Below are positions 45,517-54,832 of a stretch of 64,000 bases of DNA, piece after piece (position 1 is the first letter of the stretch; each line of letters opens with the position of its first letter). Source of the stretch: Thermoplasmata archaeon (GTDB taxonomy: Archaea > Thermoplasmatota > Thermoplasmata > Lutacidiplasmatales > UBA184). The DNA is taken from the NCBI GenBank assembly GCA_035499455.1, contig DATJYS010000005.1:551348-615347 (forward strand), written 5' to 3'. Both the position numbers and the translations under genes were made by a program. Below the pieces are notes generated by a model, which was not told the origin of the DNA, searched no databases, and was given only the letters and a program-made list of their open reading frames with translations.

Positions 45517-46424
45517 ACTTCGGGGCCCTTCGGCGGGTAGGGGTAGAACCCCTCGCCGGTCTTGCGGCCGAGCTTCTTCGCCGCGACCATCGTACGGAGC
45601 AGCGGGCAGGCCCGGTAGCGGGGGTCGCGGAAGCCGTCCCAGAGGACGTCGAGGATCGCGAGGGCCGTGTCGAGGCCCACGAGATCGACGAGCTCGAACG
45701 GCCCCATCGGATGGTGGAATCCGAGCCTGTAGGCGGCGTCGATGTCGTCCCGGGTCGCGACGCCCTCGTAGAGCATCCAGGCAGCCTCGTTGACGAGGAC
45801 CGCGAGCGCGCGGGTGGTGACGAACCCGGGGGTGTCGGCGCTCCGGACGATCGTTTTGCCGAGGCCCCGGGCGAACCGTTCGGCCCGCTCGACGACCTCC
45901 GGCCGCGTCCGGTGCCCGGGGATCAGCTCGACGAGGCCCATCTGCAGCACGGGGTTGAAGAAGTGGATCCCCACGAGGCGCCCCGGGTCCTTGAGCTCCT
46001 GGGCGATCGAGGTGATCGGCAGCGAGGAGGTGTTCGACGCGAGGATCGCCTCGCCGCTCGCCGACGCCTCGATCTCGGCGAACAGGCGTCGCTTGATCGC
46101 CAGGTCCTCGGGCGCGGCCTCGATCACGATCTCGGCCGAGCTCGCGCGCCGAAGTCCGATCGCAACATCGATGCGGGCCATCGCGGCGTCGCGGTCCGCC
46201 GCGGTGATCTTCGAGCGGCCGACCGCGTGGTCGAGCGCCCGGCGGGCGCTCTCCACGCCACGGCGGGCGAACTCCTCGGAGACGTCCTCGATCGTGACCC
46301 GGTGCCCGGCAAGGGCGCACTGGGCCGCGATCCCGCTGCCCATGATGCCAGCGCCGACGACGAAGACGCGGCTGACGACCGACTCCCTCGGGTCGCTGTC
46401 GACCGGCGGGGACGCTTCGCTCAC
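45513..46424 (-). CDS. 3-hydroxyacyl-CoA (3-hydroxybutyryl-CoA) dehydrogenase
   Basis: NAD-binding VFVVGAGIMGSGIA and a C-terminal 3HCDH domain. Start is placed at GTG 46424, which overlaps the upstream TGA (GTGA); the ORF extends to 46475. Confidence 0.75.
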   Translation of the reverse strand: MSEASPPVDSDPRESVVSRVFVVGAGIMGSGIAAQCALAGHRVTIEDVSEEFARRGVESARRALDHAVGRSKITAADRDAAMARIDVAIGLRRASSAEIVIEAAPEDLAIKRRLFAEIEASASGEAILASNTSSLPITSIAQELKDPGRLVGIHFFNPVLQMGLVELIPGHRTRPEVVERAERFARGLGKTIVRSADTPGFVTTRALAVLVNEAAWMLYEGVATRDDIDAAYRLGFHHPMGPFELVDLVGLDTALAILDVLWDGFRDPRYRACPLLRTMVAAKKLGRKTGEGFYPYPPKGPEV

Positions 46425-47344
46425 GGCGCCTCCGGGGTCACGATGGTGAGCTTCTGGAACTCGCATCCCCGGCACAGGGGGCCGCTAGCGAGTTCCCCGC
46501 AGATCCGACAGCGCGACGGCGCGACTCCGGCGTCGCCTCCGAGCAGCTCCGCCAGTCGCTCGTGGGTTCTCAGCAGGGCCTGCCGGGTACCGGGGTGATC
46601 CTCCTCGAGCTGCCAGACGACGGCTCGGAACCGGTTCCGGGCGGCCCGGCCGGCGTGGGGGCACTCGGCGTGGTCGAACGGCAGCCCGCGCAGCCGCGCG
46701 TACAGGAACACCTCTCGCTCGGGGACCTGGGCGAGCGGAGCGATGCGCGGAACGAGCCCGGGCTGACGCCCCCGGTGGGGGGCCATCCGGACCAGGCGAT
46801 CGACATCGCCGCGAGCGACGTTCATCAGGACGGTCTGGGCGAGGTCGTCGAGGTTGAACCCCAGGACCAGGGCGTCCGCCTCGGCCGACCGGGCGGCCGC
46901 GTTGAGGAGCCCGCGTCGCCACACCCCGCAGAACGAGCAGGGAGGGGTTCCCGGGAGCTCCCGGGCCGTCCGGTCGGTCGTCGTCCCCAGCTCCTCCTCG
47001 GCCCGGACGATCCGATGCTCGACGCCGAGCGATCGGGCAAGCTCCGCCGCGGCCCGAAGCGTCGCCGTCCGATACGCCGGGATCCCCTCATCCACGCTGA
47101 CCGCGAGGAGCCGGACCGGGATGCGGCCGGCGAAGTACTGATGGGTGAGCCACAGGGCGACGGCCGAATCCTTCCCGCCCGAGATCGCGACGGCGACGGT
47201 CCCGTTTCGGAATCGCGGCAGTTGGCGCCGCATTTCGCGACGGAACCGGTCCTCGACGGACGCCGCGAGATGGTCGGCGCAGGCGTGCCTTCCCCGATAC
47301 GGCTGGTCGACCACCGCGGGAGCGGAACACGCCGAGCAGCGCAC
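46421..47344 (-). CDS. TtuA/NcsA-family tRNA 2-thiolation PP-loop ATPase
   Basis: SGGKDS PP-loop flanked by N-terminal (CSAC...C..H) and C-terminal (CRIC...CRGC) zinc fingers. Confidence 0.7.
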   Translation of the reverse strand: MRCSACSAPAVVDQPYRGRHACADHLAASVEDRFRREMRRQLPRFRNGTVAVAISGGKDSAVALWLTHQYFAGRIPVRLLAVSVDEGIPAYRTATLRAAAELARSLGVEHRIVRAEEELGTTTDRTARELPGTPPCSFCGVWRRGLLNAAARSAEADALVLGFNLDDLAQTVLMNVARGDVDRLVRMAPHRGRQPGLVPRIAPLAQVPEREVFLYARLRGLPFDHAECPHAGRAARNRFRAVVWQLEEDHPGTRQALLRTHERLAELLGGDAGVAPSRCRICGELASGPLCRGCEFQKLTIVTPEAP

Positions 47345-47444
47345 GGATCCGGGGACGGAGAGGGGCTATTTGAGACCGGAGCGGCGAGCCGCCCTTCCAC
47401 TGCGTCCATACGATTATTAGGCGAAGGCCGGCCAGCGAGCGTCC

Positions 47445-48359
47445 ATGGCGTCGTCGGCGCCGGAGGCACACGGTTCGTCCGTCGGCCGCCGGCCGAAGTG
47501 GCCGACGAACGCCGAACCGGCCGCGCCGTCGTTCAGCGTGACCGACCTGGTCGACCGATTCCAGCGACTGCTCCAGTCGCAGGAGCGCAGCCCCTGCACG
47601 GTGAAGCAGTACGGGCACATCGCCCGCACCTTTCTGGCGTACACCCAGAAGCCCCTCGAGCAGGTGACGATGCGGGACCTGGAAGCGTTCCGCGAGTACC
47701 TCGTGCTGCAGCGTCGCTACTCGAAGAACTCCCTCTACACCACCATCCGGGGGCTCGCGTGCCTCTTCCGCAGCTTCGGGCTCGAGACCGCGGACACGAT
47801 GCAGCCGCCGCGCCGCCCGGAACGCCTCCCGCGCTACCTCACGGAGGAGGAGATGCACCGGCTGTTCGAGGCGGTCAAGGAGTCGGCGCGGGACAGCGCG
47901 ATCGTCCATGTGCTGGCGTTCGGCGGCCTGCGGGTCGGAGAGCTCTGCCACCTGAAGACCGAGGACCTCGAGTTCGAGCGGAACGTCCTCCACGTGCGCT
48001 CCGGCAAGGGCGACAAGGACCGGGAGGTCGTCCTCGAGGAGAGGACCCGAGCCGCGATCGACCGCTACCTCACGGACCGGACCCTCTCGGGGGTCTCCTC
48101 CTCGCGGCTGTTCCCCGTCGGGCCCGTCACGGTCGAGCGGATCGTTCGACGGTCCGCCCAGGCGGCCGGGATCCCCCGGCGCGTGACGCCCCACGTCCTA
48201 CGTCACACGCTCGCGACCGCCCTCCTGTCGCGGGGCTGCGACATCCGCTACATCCAGAAGCTGCTGGGGCACGCTTCCGTGGCGACAACCCAGATCTACA
48301 CGCACGTCGATACGCAGGCGCTGCGGGAAGCGTACCAGCGCGCGAAGCCTGTCTATTAA
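47445..48359 (+). CDS. xerA: tyrosine recombinase XerA-like (phage integrase family)
   Basis: C-terminal catalytic R...HxLRH...Y region (HVLRHTLATALLSRGCDIRYIQKLLGHASVATTQIYTHV). About 300 aa with an N-terminal SAM-like domain. Confidence 0.75.
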   Translation: MASSAPEAHGSSVGRRPKWPTNAEPAAPSFSVTDLVDRFQRLLQSQERSPCTVKQYGHIARTFLAYTQKPLEQVTMRDLEAFREYLVLQRRYSKNSLYTTIRGLACLFRSFGLETADTMQPPRRPERLPRYLTEEEMHRLFEAVKESARDSAIVHVLAFGGLRVGELCHLKTEDLEFERNVLHVRSGKGDKDREVVLEERTRAAIDRYLTDRTLSGVSSSRLFPVGPVTVERIVRRSAQAAGIPRRVTPHVLRHTLATALLSRGCDIRYIQKLLGHASVATTQIYTHVDTQALREAYQRAKPVY

Positions 48360-48386
48360 CCCGACGCGCCCTCGGGCGTCTTCGCG

Positions 48387-49580
48387 ATGTCCGACCGACA
48401 GGAGATCCTCGTCCTCGGGGCGGGGATCGCCGGGGCCGCGGCCGCCCATCATCTCGCGCGGAGGTCCCTCGGGCCGCTGACCGTGTACGACCCGCGGACA
48501 CCGTCCGCCGGGGCGACGGGACGCGCCGCGGGAATCGTGACCGAGCAGATGTGGGACCGCTGGGACTTCGAGGTCGTGCGCGAGAGCCGGGCGGAGTACG
48601 CTCGCCTGGCCGCGGAGCGCGACCCTTCCGCCTACCGGGAGAACGGGTTCGCCCGTTGGACGGCTCGGACGGACATCGCGGCGGCGCTCGGGGAAGCGGG
48701 GGAGCGCCTCCGTGCCTGGGGCGCGAACGTCCGGCGCATCCCCTCGGCGGAGCTGAACTCGTTCCTCCCTGCGATGAAGACCGAGGGGATCCTCGACGCC
48801 TGGTTCGATCCGGACGACGGGGTCGTCACGCCGAGCCGCCTGACCGAGATCTATCTCGAGTCGGCGCGGGCCGCGGGAGCGGAGATCCTCCTCGGCGAAC
48901 CGTTCGGCGGACTCCGACGGGAGGGAGGGGACTGGACGGTGTCGATCGGACGCCGGACCGTCCGGAGCCACCGGGTGCTCGTCGCGGCCGGCGCCTGGTC
49001 GAAGCGACTGCTCGCGTCGGCCGGAGCTCCCCTACCGCTCGCGCCTTACCGCACGCAGGCCGCCCTGCTCCTGCCTACCCTGGCTCAGACCGCGGAGTTT
49101 CCCTCGGCGCACGACCTCGATCTTGACGTCTACCTCCGCCCCGAATCGAACGGCCGGATCCTCGCCGGGGACGGGACGCAACTGGTGGAGGTCGACCCCG
49201 AAACGGCGCCCTGGGGCAGCGATGCGGCGTTCGTCGAGCACCTCGCCGAAAGCGTCGGAGCGAGATTCCCCGGGTGGGCGGACGCGGATCTCGTCCGGGC
49301 CTGGGCGGGGGTCTGCGTGTCGACCCCGGACCGGAAGCCTCTCATAGGACCCGTCCCGGGCGCGGAGGGGCTCTACGCGCTCTGTGGGTTCAACGGGTTT
49401 GGGGTGATGCGGGCCGGCGGAGCGGCCCGTCGTCTCGCAGAAGCGATCTTGGCCGAGGGCTCGGCCCAGGCCGAGGAGGCGATCCGCCCGGTGCTCCCGT
49501 CGCGCTTTCCCGCGGAGCTTCCGTCGTTCGCGCCTCGTCCGGGGTTCACGCTCGAAGGCGGCCTCGACCCGCGATTCTAG
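48387..49580 (+). CDS. FAD-dependent oxidoreductase (DAO family, glycine/D-amino-acid/sarcosine oxidase-like)
   Basis: N-terminal GAGIAGAAAA FAD-binding motif in a 397-aa ORF. Confidence 0.7.
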   Translation: MSDRQEILVLGAGIAGAAAAHHLARRSLGPLTVYDPRTPSAGATGRAAGIVTEQMWDRWDFEVVRESRAEYARLAAERDPSAYRENGFARWTARTDIAAALGEAGERLRAWGANVRRIPSAELNSFLPAMKTEGILDAWFDPDDGVVTPSRLTEIYLESARAAGAEILLGEPFGGLRREGGDWTVSIGRRTVRSHRVLVAAGAWSKRLLASAGAPLPLAPYRTQAALLLPTLAQTAEFPSAHDLDLDVYLRPESNGRILAGDGTQLVEVDPETAPWGSDAAFVEHLAESVGARFPGWADADLVRAWAGVCVSTPDRKPLIGPVPGAEGLYALCGFNGFGVMRAGGAARRLAEAILAEGSAQAEEAIRPVLPSRFPAELPSFAPRPGFTLEGGLDPRF

Positions 49581-49598
49581 CGCACCGACGGACCCCGA

Positions 49599-50513
49599 CT
49601 ACGGGGCCCCCGGCGCTCCGCCGGACGGGTCGTCGGCGCGCAGCCGGGCGAGCTTTTCGAGGAACTCGACCCCTTCCCCCGTCGTCATCGGTGTGCCGTC
49701 CTCGCGGGTCAGGGCCAGGCCGGCGCGGGCGCAGGCGCTCTCGGGGGACTGTCCGTCGAGGAGCGCGCGTACGGCGGTCCGTTCCCGCTGCGTGAGGACG
49801 AGGCCCCGGATCTCAAACTCCTCGAACGCCTCGAACGCGATCGGGGCGACCAGGCGGCCCAGCCGGGCCAGCTCGGCCGCGTAGACGCGGATCTCCTCCT
49901 GCGCGTGGAGGTCGAGGCGCAGCGATAGGAAATGGAAGAGATTCCAGAGATTCGTCTTCCAGTACCACTGCGTGTAGTACGAGACCGGGAGGACCAGCCG
50001 GGCGACCTCGCGTGCGACGCCCGCGTTCAGGGCCTTCTCGTACGCCGCGTAAGCGTCCCGCGAGATCCGGTCGAGGTCGTCGCGGAACCGCGCCACGGTC
50101 TCGGGAGGCAGCGGGTCCCCCCGGCCCTGGCGGTTGCGGGTCGACTGGCGGCGGATCGCCTCCGCCGGCAGCAGCTCGTACTCGTCGGGGACGATCGAGT
50201 AGCGCGCGCTCGCCTCGTTGAACGAGCCGGTCCGGTGCCGGATGAACTGGCGCGCGACGAAGATCGGGAGCCGGACGAGGAACTTCAGCTCCACCATCTC
50301 GAACGGAGTCGTGTGGCGGTGGCGCATCAGGTACCGAACGAGCCCGCGGTCGTCGCGGACCGTCTTCGTGCCGCGCCCGTAGGAGACCCGGGCCGCCTGG
50401 ACGATCGCCGCATCGTCCCCCATGTAGTCGACCAGGGCGACGAACCCGTGGGAGAGGACCGGGTGGCGGACCCCGATCTCCCGGTCCGCCGCGGGGGTCG
50501 ACGGGCGAACCAT
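49599..50513 (-). CDS. thyX: FAD-dependent thymidylate synthase ThyX
   Basis: ThyX motif RHRTGSFNEASARY. Start is placed at ATG 50513, with TTTTAT about 45 nt upstream. Confidence 0.8.
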   Translation of the reverse strand: MVRPSTPAADREIGVRHPVLSHGFVALVDYMGDDAAIVQAARVSYGRGTKTVRDDRGLVRYLMRHRHTTPFEMVELKFLVRLPIFVARQFIRHRTGSFNEASARYSIVPDEYELLPAEAIRRQSTRNRQGRGDPLPPETVARFRDDLDRISRDAYAAYEKALNAGVAREVARLVLPVSYYTQWYWKTNLWNLFHFLSLRLDLHAQEEIRVYAAELARLGRLVAPIAFEAFEEFEIRGLVLTQRERTAVRALLDGQSPESACARAGLALTREDGTPMTTGEGVEFLEKLARLRADDPSGGAPGAP

Positions 50514-50622
50514 CGGGGCGTCGGCGTCGGGCACGGGCCCGGAGCGGAGCCCGGTCATAAAACGGCGCGCTCGGCGGCGGGAAAGCGTATAGACCGCCGC
50601 TCGGTCGCACGCGGGGGATCGG

Positions 50623-52884
50623 ATGGCCCGCATCTTCGTCGGGATCGCCTGGCCGTACGCCAACGGTCCGTTCCACATCGGCCAGCTCGCCGGCGCGTTC
50701 CTCCCGGGCGACATCTTCGCCCGGTACCACCGGCTGCGCGGCAGCGAGGTCCTGATGGTCTCGGGCTCCGACATGCACGGGACCCCGGCGCTGGTCACGG
50801 CGGAGCGCGAGGGGGTCTCCCCGGCGGTCGTCACCGAACGGTTCCACGCGGTGAACAAGCGCTCGTTCGAGCGGCTCGGGTTCACGTTCGACCTCTACAC
50901 CCACACGCACACCCCGACGCACGAGCGGACGGTGCAGGAGACGTTCCTCGCCCTCCTCGAGCACGGGTTCGTCCGTCGTCGGACGGAGGAAGGGGCGTTC
51001 TGCCCGAAGCACGCTCGGTTCCTCCCGGACCGCTACCTGCTCGGCACCTGTCCGCACTGCGGCTTCGAGAACGCCCGCGGCGACGAGTGCGACCGATGCG
51101 GCCGCCCGGTCGAGCCCCGTCTCCTCGGGAACGCGCGCTGCTCGCTCTGCGGCACGCCCGCGGAGTTCCGCCCCTCGGAGCACTTCTATCTGGAGCTCGA
51201 CCAGCTCCAGACGCGGCTCGCCGAGTACGTGGCGGCCCAGGGGCACTGGCGAGCCCCGACCCGTCACGTGGCCGAGAACTTCCTCGCGGAGGGGCTTCAC
51301 CCGACCCCGATCACGCGTGACCTCGACTGGGGGGTCCCGATCCCGCTCGAGGGGTACGCGACGAAGCGGTTCTACGTCTGGTTCGACGCCGTCATCGGCT
51401 ACCTTTCCGCCTCGAAGGAGTGGGCGGCGAACGCCGGCCGCCCCGACGCCTGGCGCCGGTTCTGGGACGAGGGCGAATCGGTGCGGTCGTACTACTTCAT
51501 CGGGAAGGACAACCGGTTCTTCCACACGATCATCTGGCCGGGGATCCTCCTCGGCACGACCGGGCTCCAGCTGCCGTACGACGTCCCGGCGAACGAATGG
51601 CTGCTCGTGGGGGGCGGCAAGGTCTCCAAATCGCGCACCGCCGACGCGCAGGCGTTCCTCCCGGCGCTCCTCGACCGGTATCCTCCCGACGTGATCCGGT
51701 TCTACGCGGCCCTGCTCGCGCCCCAGAACCGCGACACCGAGCTCGATTGGACGGAGTTCGACCAGCTGTGGGAGGACTGGCTCGCCAATCAGTACGGGAA
51801 CCTGGTCCAACGCACGCTCGTGCTCGCGCGCGAGCGGTACGGGGGGAAGATTCCGGCCCCGCCCCCGGGCTGGGTGCCGGACGACTCGGCGGGCGTCGGC
51901 GAGCGCCTGCGGGCGGCGCACGCCCGCATCGGCGCCGAGTATGAGGCGGTCCACCTGAAGGAGGCCCTCGACCTCGCGCTCGCGGAGGTCCGGGAGGCGA
52001 ACCGTCGGTTCCACGACGCGAAGCCGTGGGACACCGAGGAGCCGGAGCGGGCGAGGGTCGTCTACGAGACCCTCTGGCGGCTGAAGGCGATCGCGCTCTG
52101 GCTCGCTCCGGTGATCCCGTTCTCCTCGGCCGAGGTGTTCCGCATGCTCGGCTACTCGGGAGTTCCTCCGGACGGGCACTGGGGCGACGCGCTCGTGCCA
52201 CCCCATCCTGGGCAGCCCCTGGGGGAGATCCGGCCGCTGTTCCCGAAGTCGCCCCGAGCCGCGGCGGCTACCCCGAGCCCGCCGACCCCGACGACCGCCG
52301 ATCCCGCGTCCGTTCCGCTCGCGGGCCGCGCCGGGGTCGTGCGGAGCGTCGCGGTCCACCCCTCCGCGGACAAGCTGTACGTGCTGGAGATCGACGTCGG
52401 TGAGGCGTCCCCCCGCACGGTCGTGGCGGGGCTCCGCCCATCGTACGCGCCCGAGGAGCTGACCGGCCGGGGAGTGGTCCTGCTCTCCAATCTCGCGCCG
52501 AGAACGATCCGGCGGATGACCTCGCAGGGGATGGTGCTCGCGGCCGAGGCGGGGGACCGCTCGTCGATCCTCGTACCGCCGGACGGGACCGCGCCCGGAA
52601 CGTACCTGGCCGGGGCCGGATCCGCCGACCGGACGATCTCCTACGAGGAGTTCGCATCGGTCCCGCTGCACATCGGCCGCGTCGTGGGGCCGGACCTGTC
52701 GGGCGGGAGCGAGATCGACCTCGGCGATCGACGGGTCTCGGCGCCCGGGGCCTGGCCGGCCGGAACGCTCTGCGTGGTGCGCCGTCCCGGACCGACGTCC
52801 GACCGGGGAGAGGTGGTCGCGTTCGGCCCGGGCCTCGCCGTGCGACCCCTCGCGGACGTCCCCCCCGGGGCGAAGGTCCGATGA
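50623..52884 (+). CDS. metG: methionine--tRNA ligase with C-terminal tRNA-binding (EMAP/Trbp111-like) domain and additional C-terminal extension
   Basis: Four zinc-knuckle Cys (CPHCG...CDRCG), KMSKS-like KVSKS, and the anticodon-binding and tRNA-binding domains. 753 aa. Confidence 0.9.
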   Translation: MARIFVGIAWPYANGPFHIGQLAGAFLPGDIFARYHRLRGSEVLMVSGSDMHGTPALVTAEREGVSPAVVTERFHAVNKRSFERLGFTFDLYTHTHTPTHERTVQETFLALLEHGFVRRRTEEGAFCPKHARFLPDRYLLGTCPHCGFENARGDECDRCGRPVEPRLLGNARCSLCGTPAEFRPSEHFYLELDQLQTRLAEYVAAQGHWRAPTRHVAENFLAEGLHPTPITRDLDWGVPIPLEGYATKRFYVWFDAVIGYLSASKEWAANAGRPDAWRRFWDEGESVRSYYFIGKDNRFFHTIIWPGILLGTTGLQLPYDVPANEWLLVGGGKVSKSRTADAQAFLPALLDRYPPDVIRFYAALLAPQNRDTELDWTEFDQLWEDWLANQYGNLVQRTLVLARERYGGKIPAPPPGWVPDDSAGVGERLRAAHARIGAEYEAVHLKEALDLALAEVREANRRFHDAKPWDTEEPERARVVYETLWRLKAIALWLAPVIPFSSAEVFRMLGYSGVPPDGHWGDALVPPHPGQPLGEIRPLFPKSPRAAAATPSPPTPTTADPASVPLAGRAGVVRSVAVHPSADKLYVLEIDVGEASPRTVVAGLRPSYAPEELTGRGVVLLSNLAPRTIRRMTSQGMVLAAEAGDRSSILVPPDGTAPGTYLAGAGSADRTISYEEFASVPLHIGRVVGPDLSGGSEIDLGDRRVSAPGAWPAGTLCVVRRPGPTSDRGEVVAFGPGLAVRPLADVPPGAKVR

Positions 52885-53561
52885 CGGCGGAGTTCCGTCT
52901 CGACCTCCACGTCCACAGCGACCGATCTCCCGACTCTCGCCTCTCTCTCGACGCGATCGCCGCCCGCGTCCGTACCCTGGGCCTGAACGGGTTCGCGCTC
53001 ACCGATCATAATACGATCGACGGTTTTCCGGGGTTGCGGGATCTTCAGTCCCGGCACCCCGACCTCGTCGTCGTCCCGGGCGTGGAGGTGTCGACCCACG
53101 AAGGCCACCTCCTGGCCTACGGGGTCGCCTCGCTCCCGCCGATCCGACGGCCGCTCGAGGAGACCGTGCGCTGGATCCGGGACCACGGGGGAGAGGCGGT
53201 GCTCCCCCACCCGTTCCGTTTTTTCCATGGCGTCGGCGAGCGGGCCTCGCAACGGGTCGACATTCGGGCGATCGAGACCCTCAACGGGCAGACCTCCGCC
53301 CACGCGAACCGGGCCGCGGCCGCCGTCGCAGCCCGTCGCCGTTTGGCGGGAACGGGGGGGAGCGACGGCCACACCCTCGCCGGGGTCGGCCGGGCGTACA
53401 CTACGTTTGACCCGGTACCCGCGTCCGCCGAAGACGTGCTCGAGTCGATTCGCCGGGCGACCACGCGGGCAGACGGGGCGTCCCTGGGTGTGGGGGGGCG
53501 ACTCCGGTGGCTGCTCCGCAACGCGGCGCTCCGCAGCGCTCGGGGGTTCCGAGCGATCTAG
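52881..53561 (+). CDS. PHP-domain metal-dependent phosphoesterase
   Basis: HVHSDRSPDS and TDHN histidine motifs. Its ATG overlaps the metG stop (ATGA). Confidence 0.7.
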   Translation: MTAEFRLDLHVHSDRSPDSRLSLDAIAARVRTLGLNGFALTDHNTIDGFPGLRDLQSRHPDLVVVPGVEVSTHEGHLLAYGVASLPPIRRPLEETVRWIRDHGGEAVLPHPFRFFHGVGERASQRVDIRAIETLNGQTSAHANRAAAAVAARRRLAGTGGSDGHTLAGVGRAYTTFDPVPASAEDVLESIRRATTRADGASLGVGGRLRWLLRNAALRSARGFRAI

Positions 53562-53624
53562 TGGGAGCTCCCGCGAACGGGTCAAAAACGGGGCAGGCCC
53601 GCCCGGGCCTGCCCCGACGCGGGC

Positions 53625-54071
53625 CTACAGCCCGAGCTGGAACCCGCCGGAGCCTCCCGCCGAGAAGAGACCCTGGATCGAGTTCCCGAGGGCGGTGAGT
53701 CCGGTCGCCGAAGCGAACGCGGAAAGGGTGCTCGAGACTCCGGGCACTCCCGCGTACGCGGCGGCCGCCACCGAGGCGATCCCCAGGGCGACCCCGAGGG
53801 CCGCCTTGACCGCGATGCTCGCCGTCCATCCGGCCGCGAGCGTACCGCTCCCGGCCGAGGCCGCGAGCGACGTGCCGGCCGCTCCCGCGGCCGACGCCGT
53901 CGCGGCACCGGACGCCGAGCCCGGTGCTCCGGCGGTGCCGCTCGGGGACGGGATCGTCAGCGACCCAGAACCCGACCCGGCGACTGACCCGCTCGCTGCT
54001 CCGGTGCTCCCTCCGGCCGTAGTGCTCGCTCCTGCCATCGCGCTTAGGCTGCTGCTTTCTGTCGCCATCAT
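53625..54071 (-). CDS. possible small Gly/Ala/Ser-rich protein with one hydrophobic helix (very uncertain)
   Basis: 148-aa low-complexity ORF. It may be spurious. Confidence 0.2.
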   Translation of the reverse strand: MMATESSSLSAMAGASTTAGGSTGAASGSVAGSGSGSLTIPSPSGTAGAPGSASGAATASAAGAAGTSLAASAGSGTLAAGWTASIAVKAALGVALGIASVAAAAYAGVPGVSSTLSAFASATGLTALGNSIQGLFSAGGSGGFQLGL

Positions 54072-54195
54072 GGGCGTCTCAGTTCCCCTGGGCGGTCGGG
54101 GCTAGAAGTAATCCGGTACCGTTCCGCCTTCCTCCGGTTGGACATTTCGCCGCGCGGCTGACGGACGGTGCGGCGCCCTTGCCCCCTCTGGAGCG

Positions 54196-54202
54196 CTTTA
54201 AA
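54196..54202 (+). promoter_or_regulatory. TATA box (CTTTAAA) for tRNA-Cys
   Basis: About 28 nt upstream of the tRNA 5' end. Confidence 0.5.
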
Positions 54203-54226
54203 CCCCGTTCGGCTGGGACCCCTCGC

Positions 54227-54299
54227 GCCGAGGTGGCAGAATGGTTAATGCGACAGACTGCAGATCTGTTTCCTGGGGGTTCGATTCCCTCCCTCGGCT
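54227..54299 (+). tRNA. tRNA-Cys (anticodon GCA)
   Basis: GCCGAGGTGGCAGAATGGTTAATGCGACAGACTGCAGATCTGTTTCCTGGGGGTTCGATTCCCTCCCTCGGCT folds with a 7-bp acceptor stem, anticodon stem ACAGA/TCTGT, loop CTGCAGA and T-loop TTCGATT. Confidence 0.85.
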
Positions 54300-54326
54300 G
54301 GATTTTCAGGGCGAGTCCGTGCCAGA

Positions 54327-54596
54327 TTATCGGAAGCGCTGATAGAATCCTGCCCGCGGTCCGAAGGTCAGGAAGTCGCAGCGACCTCGCCCGTCGAAGC
54401 GGAAGACCGCCCGGTATTCTCCCACGGCAAGCCGGTGGAGCGACCTCGAGCCCCGGATCGCGACAATGTCGAGGTCGCGAATCGGAAGAGTTCGAGCCGC
54501 ATCGAGCCGGGAAAGCGCGCCCAGGAAAGTGCGACGAATCCTTTCCGGCAGGAGCTCCAGCTCGCGCTGAGCCGCCTCCCGGACCGTGACTTCCAT
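54327..54596 (-). CDS. RelE/ParE-family type II toxin
   Basis: 89-aa ORF with RelE/ParE C-terminal signature (YRAVFRFDGRGRCDFLTFGPRAGFY). Confidence 0.7.
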   Translation of the reverse strand: MEVTVREAAQRELELLPERIRRTFLGALSRLDAARTLPIRDLDIVAIRGSRSLHRLAVGEYRAVFRFDGRGRCDFLTFGPRAGFYQRFR

Positions 54597-54826
54597 CAGG
54601 CTTTGGCGCGACGCGCAGCCAACCTTCGCCGCACTTCGGTGAGTTCCAGCGGGGGCGACTCACGGAGCCGGCGCTCCATCTCCTTGAGAAACGACTCCGG
54701 GGGGAACTGCTCGACGAACTCTTCGATCACGTTCTCGTAGGTTTGGCCGGGCCGCTTGTACAACTCCAAGACTCGACGAGTCGACTCGTGGACTTGGATC
54801 GAGGTCAGCGCATCGGTTCCGGACAC
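54596..54826 (-). CDS. cognate antitoxin (76 aa)
   Basis: Overlaps the toxin start by 1 nt. GTG start at 54826, directly downstream of a palindromic operator. Confidence 0.5.
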   Translation of the reverse strand: MSGTDALTSIQVHESTRRVLELYKRPGQTYENVIEEFVEQFPPESFLKEMERRLRESPPLELTEVRRRLAARRAKA

Positions 54827-54832
54827 ACGACT

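Noticed and set aside
47445-48359. XerA-like recombinase as the integrase of the tRNA-Cys islands
   Set aside because: It is 6 kb upstream, outside the repeat-bounded segments, and in high-GC core context. It is more parsimonious as chromosomal XerA.
46562-52671. 854-aa (+) and 952-aa (-) ORFs overlapping ncsA, xerA, thyX and metG
   Set aside because: Arg/Pro/Gly-rich. They are inconsistent with well-supported genes on the other strand or frame.
53227-54105. 292-aa Pro/Arg/Ala-rich ORF on the plus strand after the PHP gene
   Set aside because: Low-complexity. It overlaps the equally weak minus-strand ORF. Neither is convincing.
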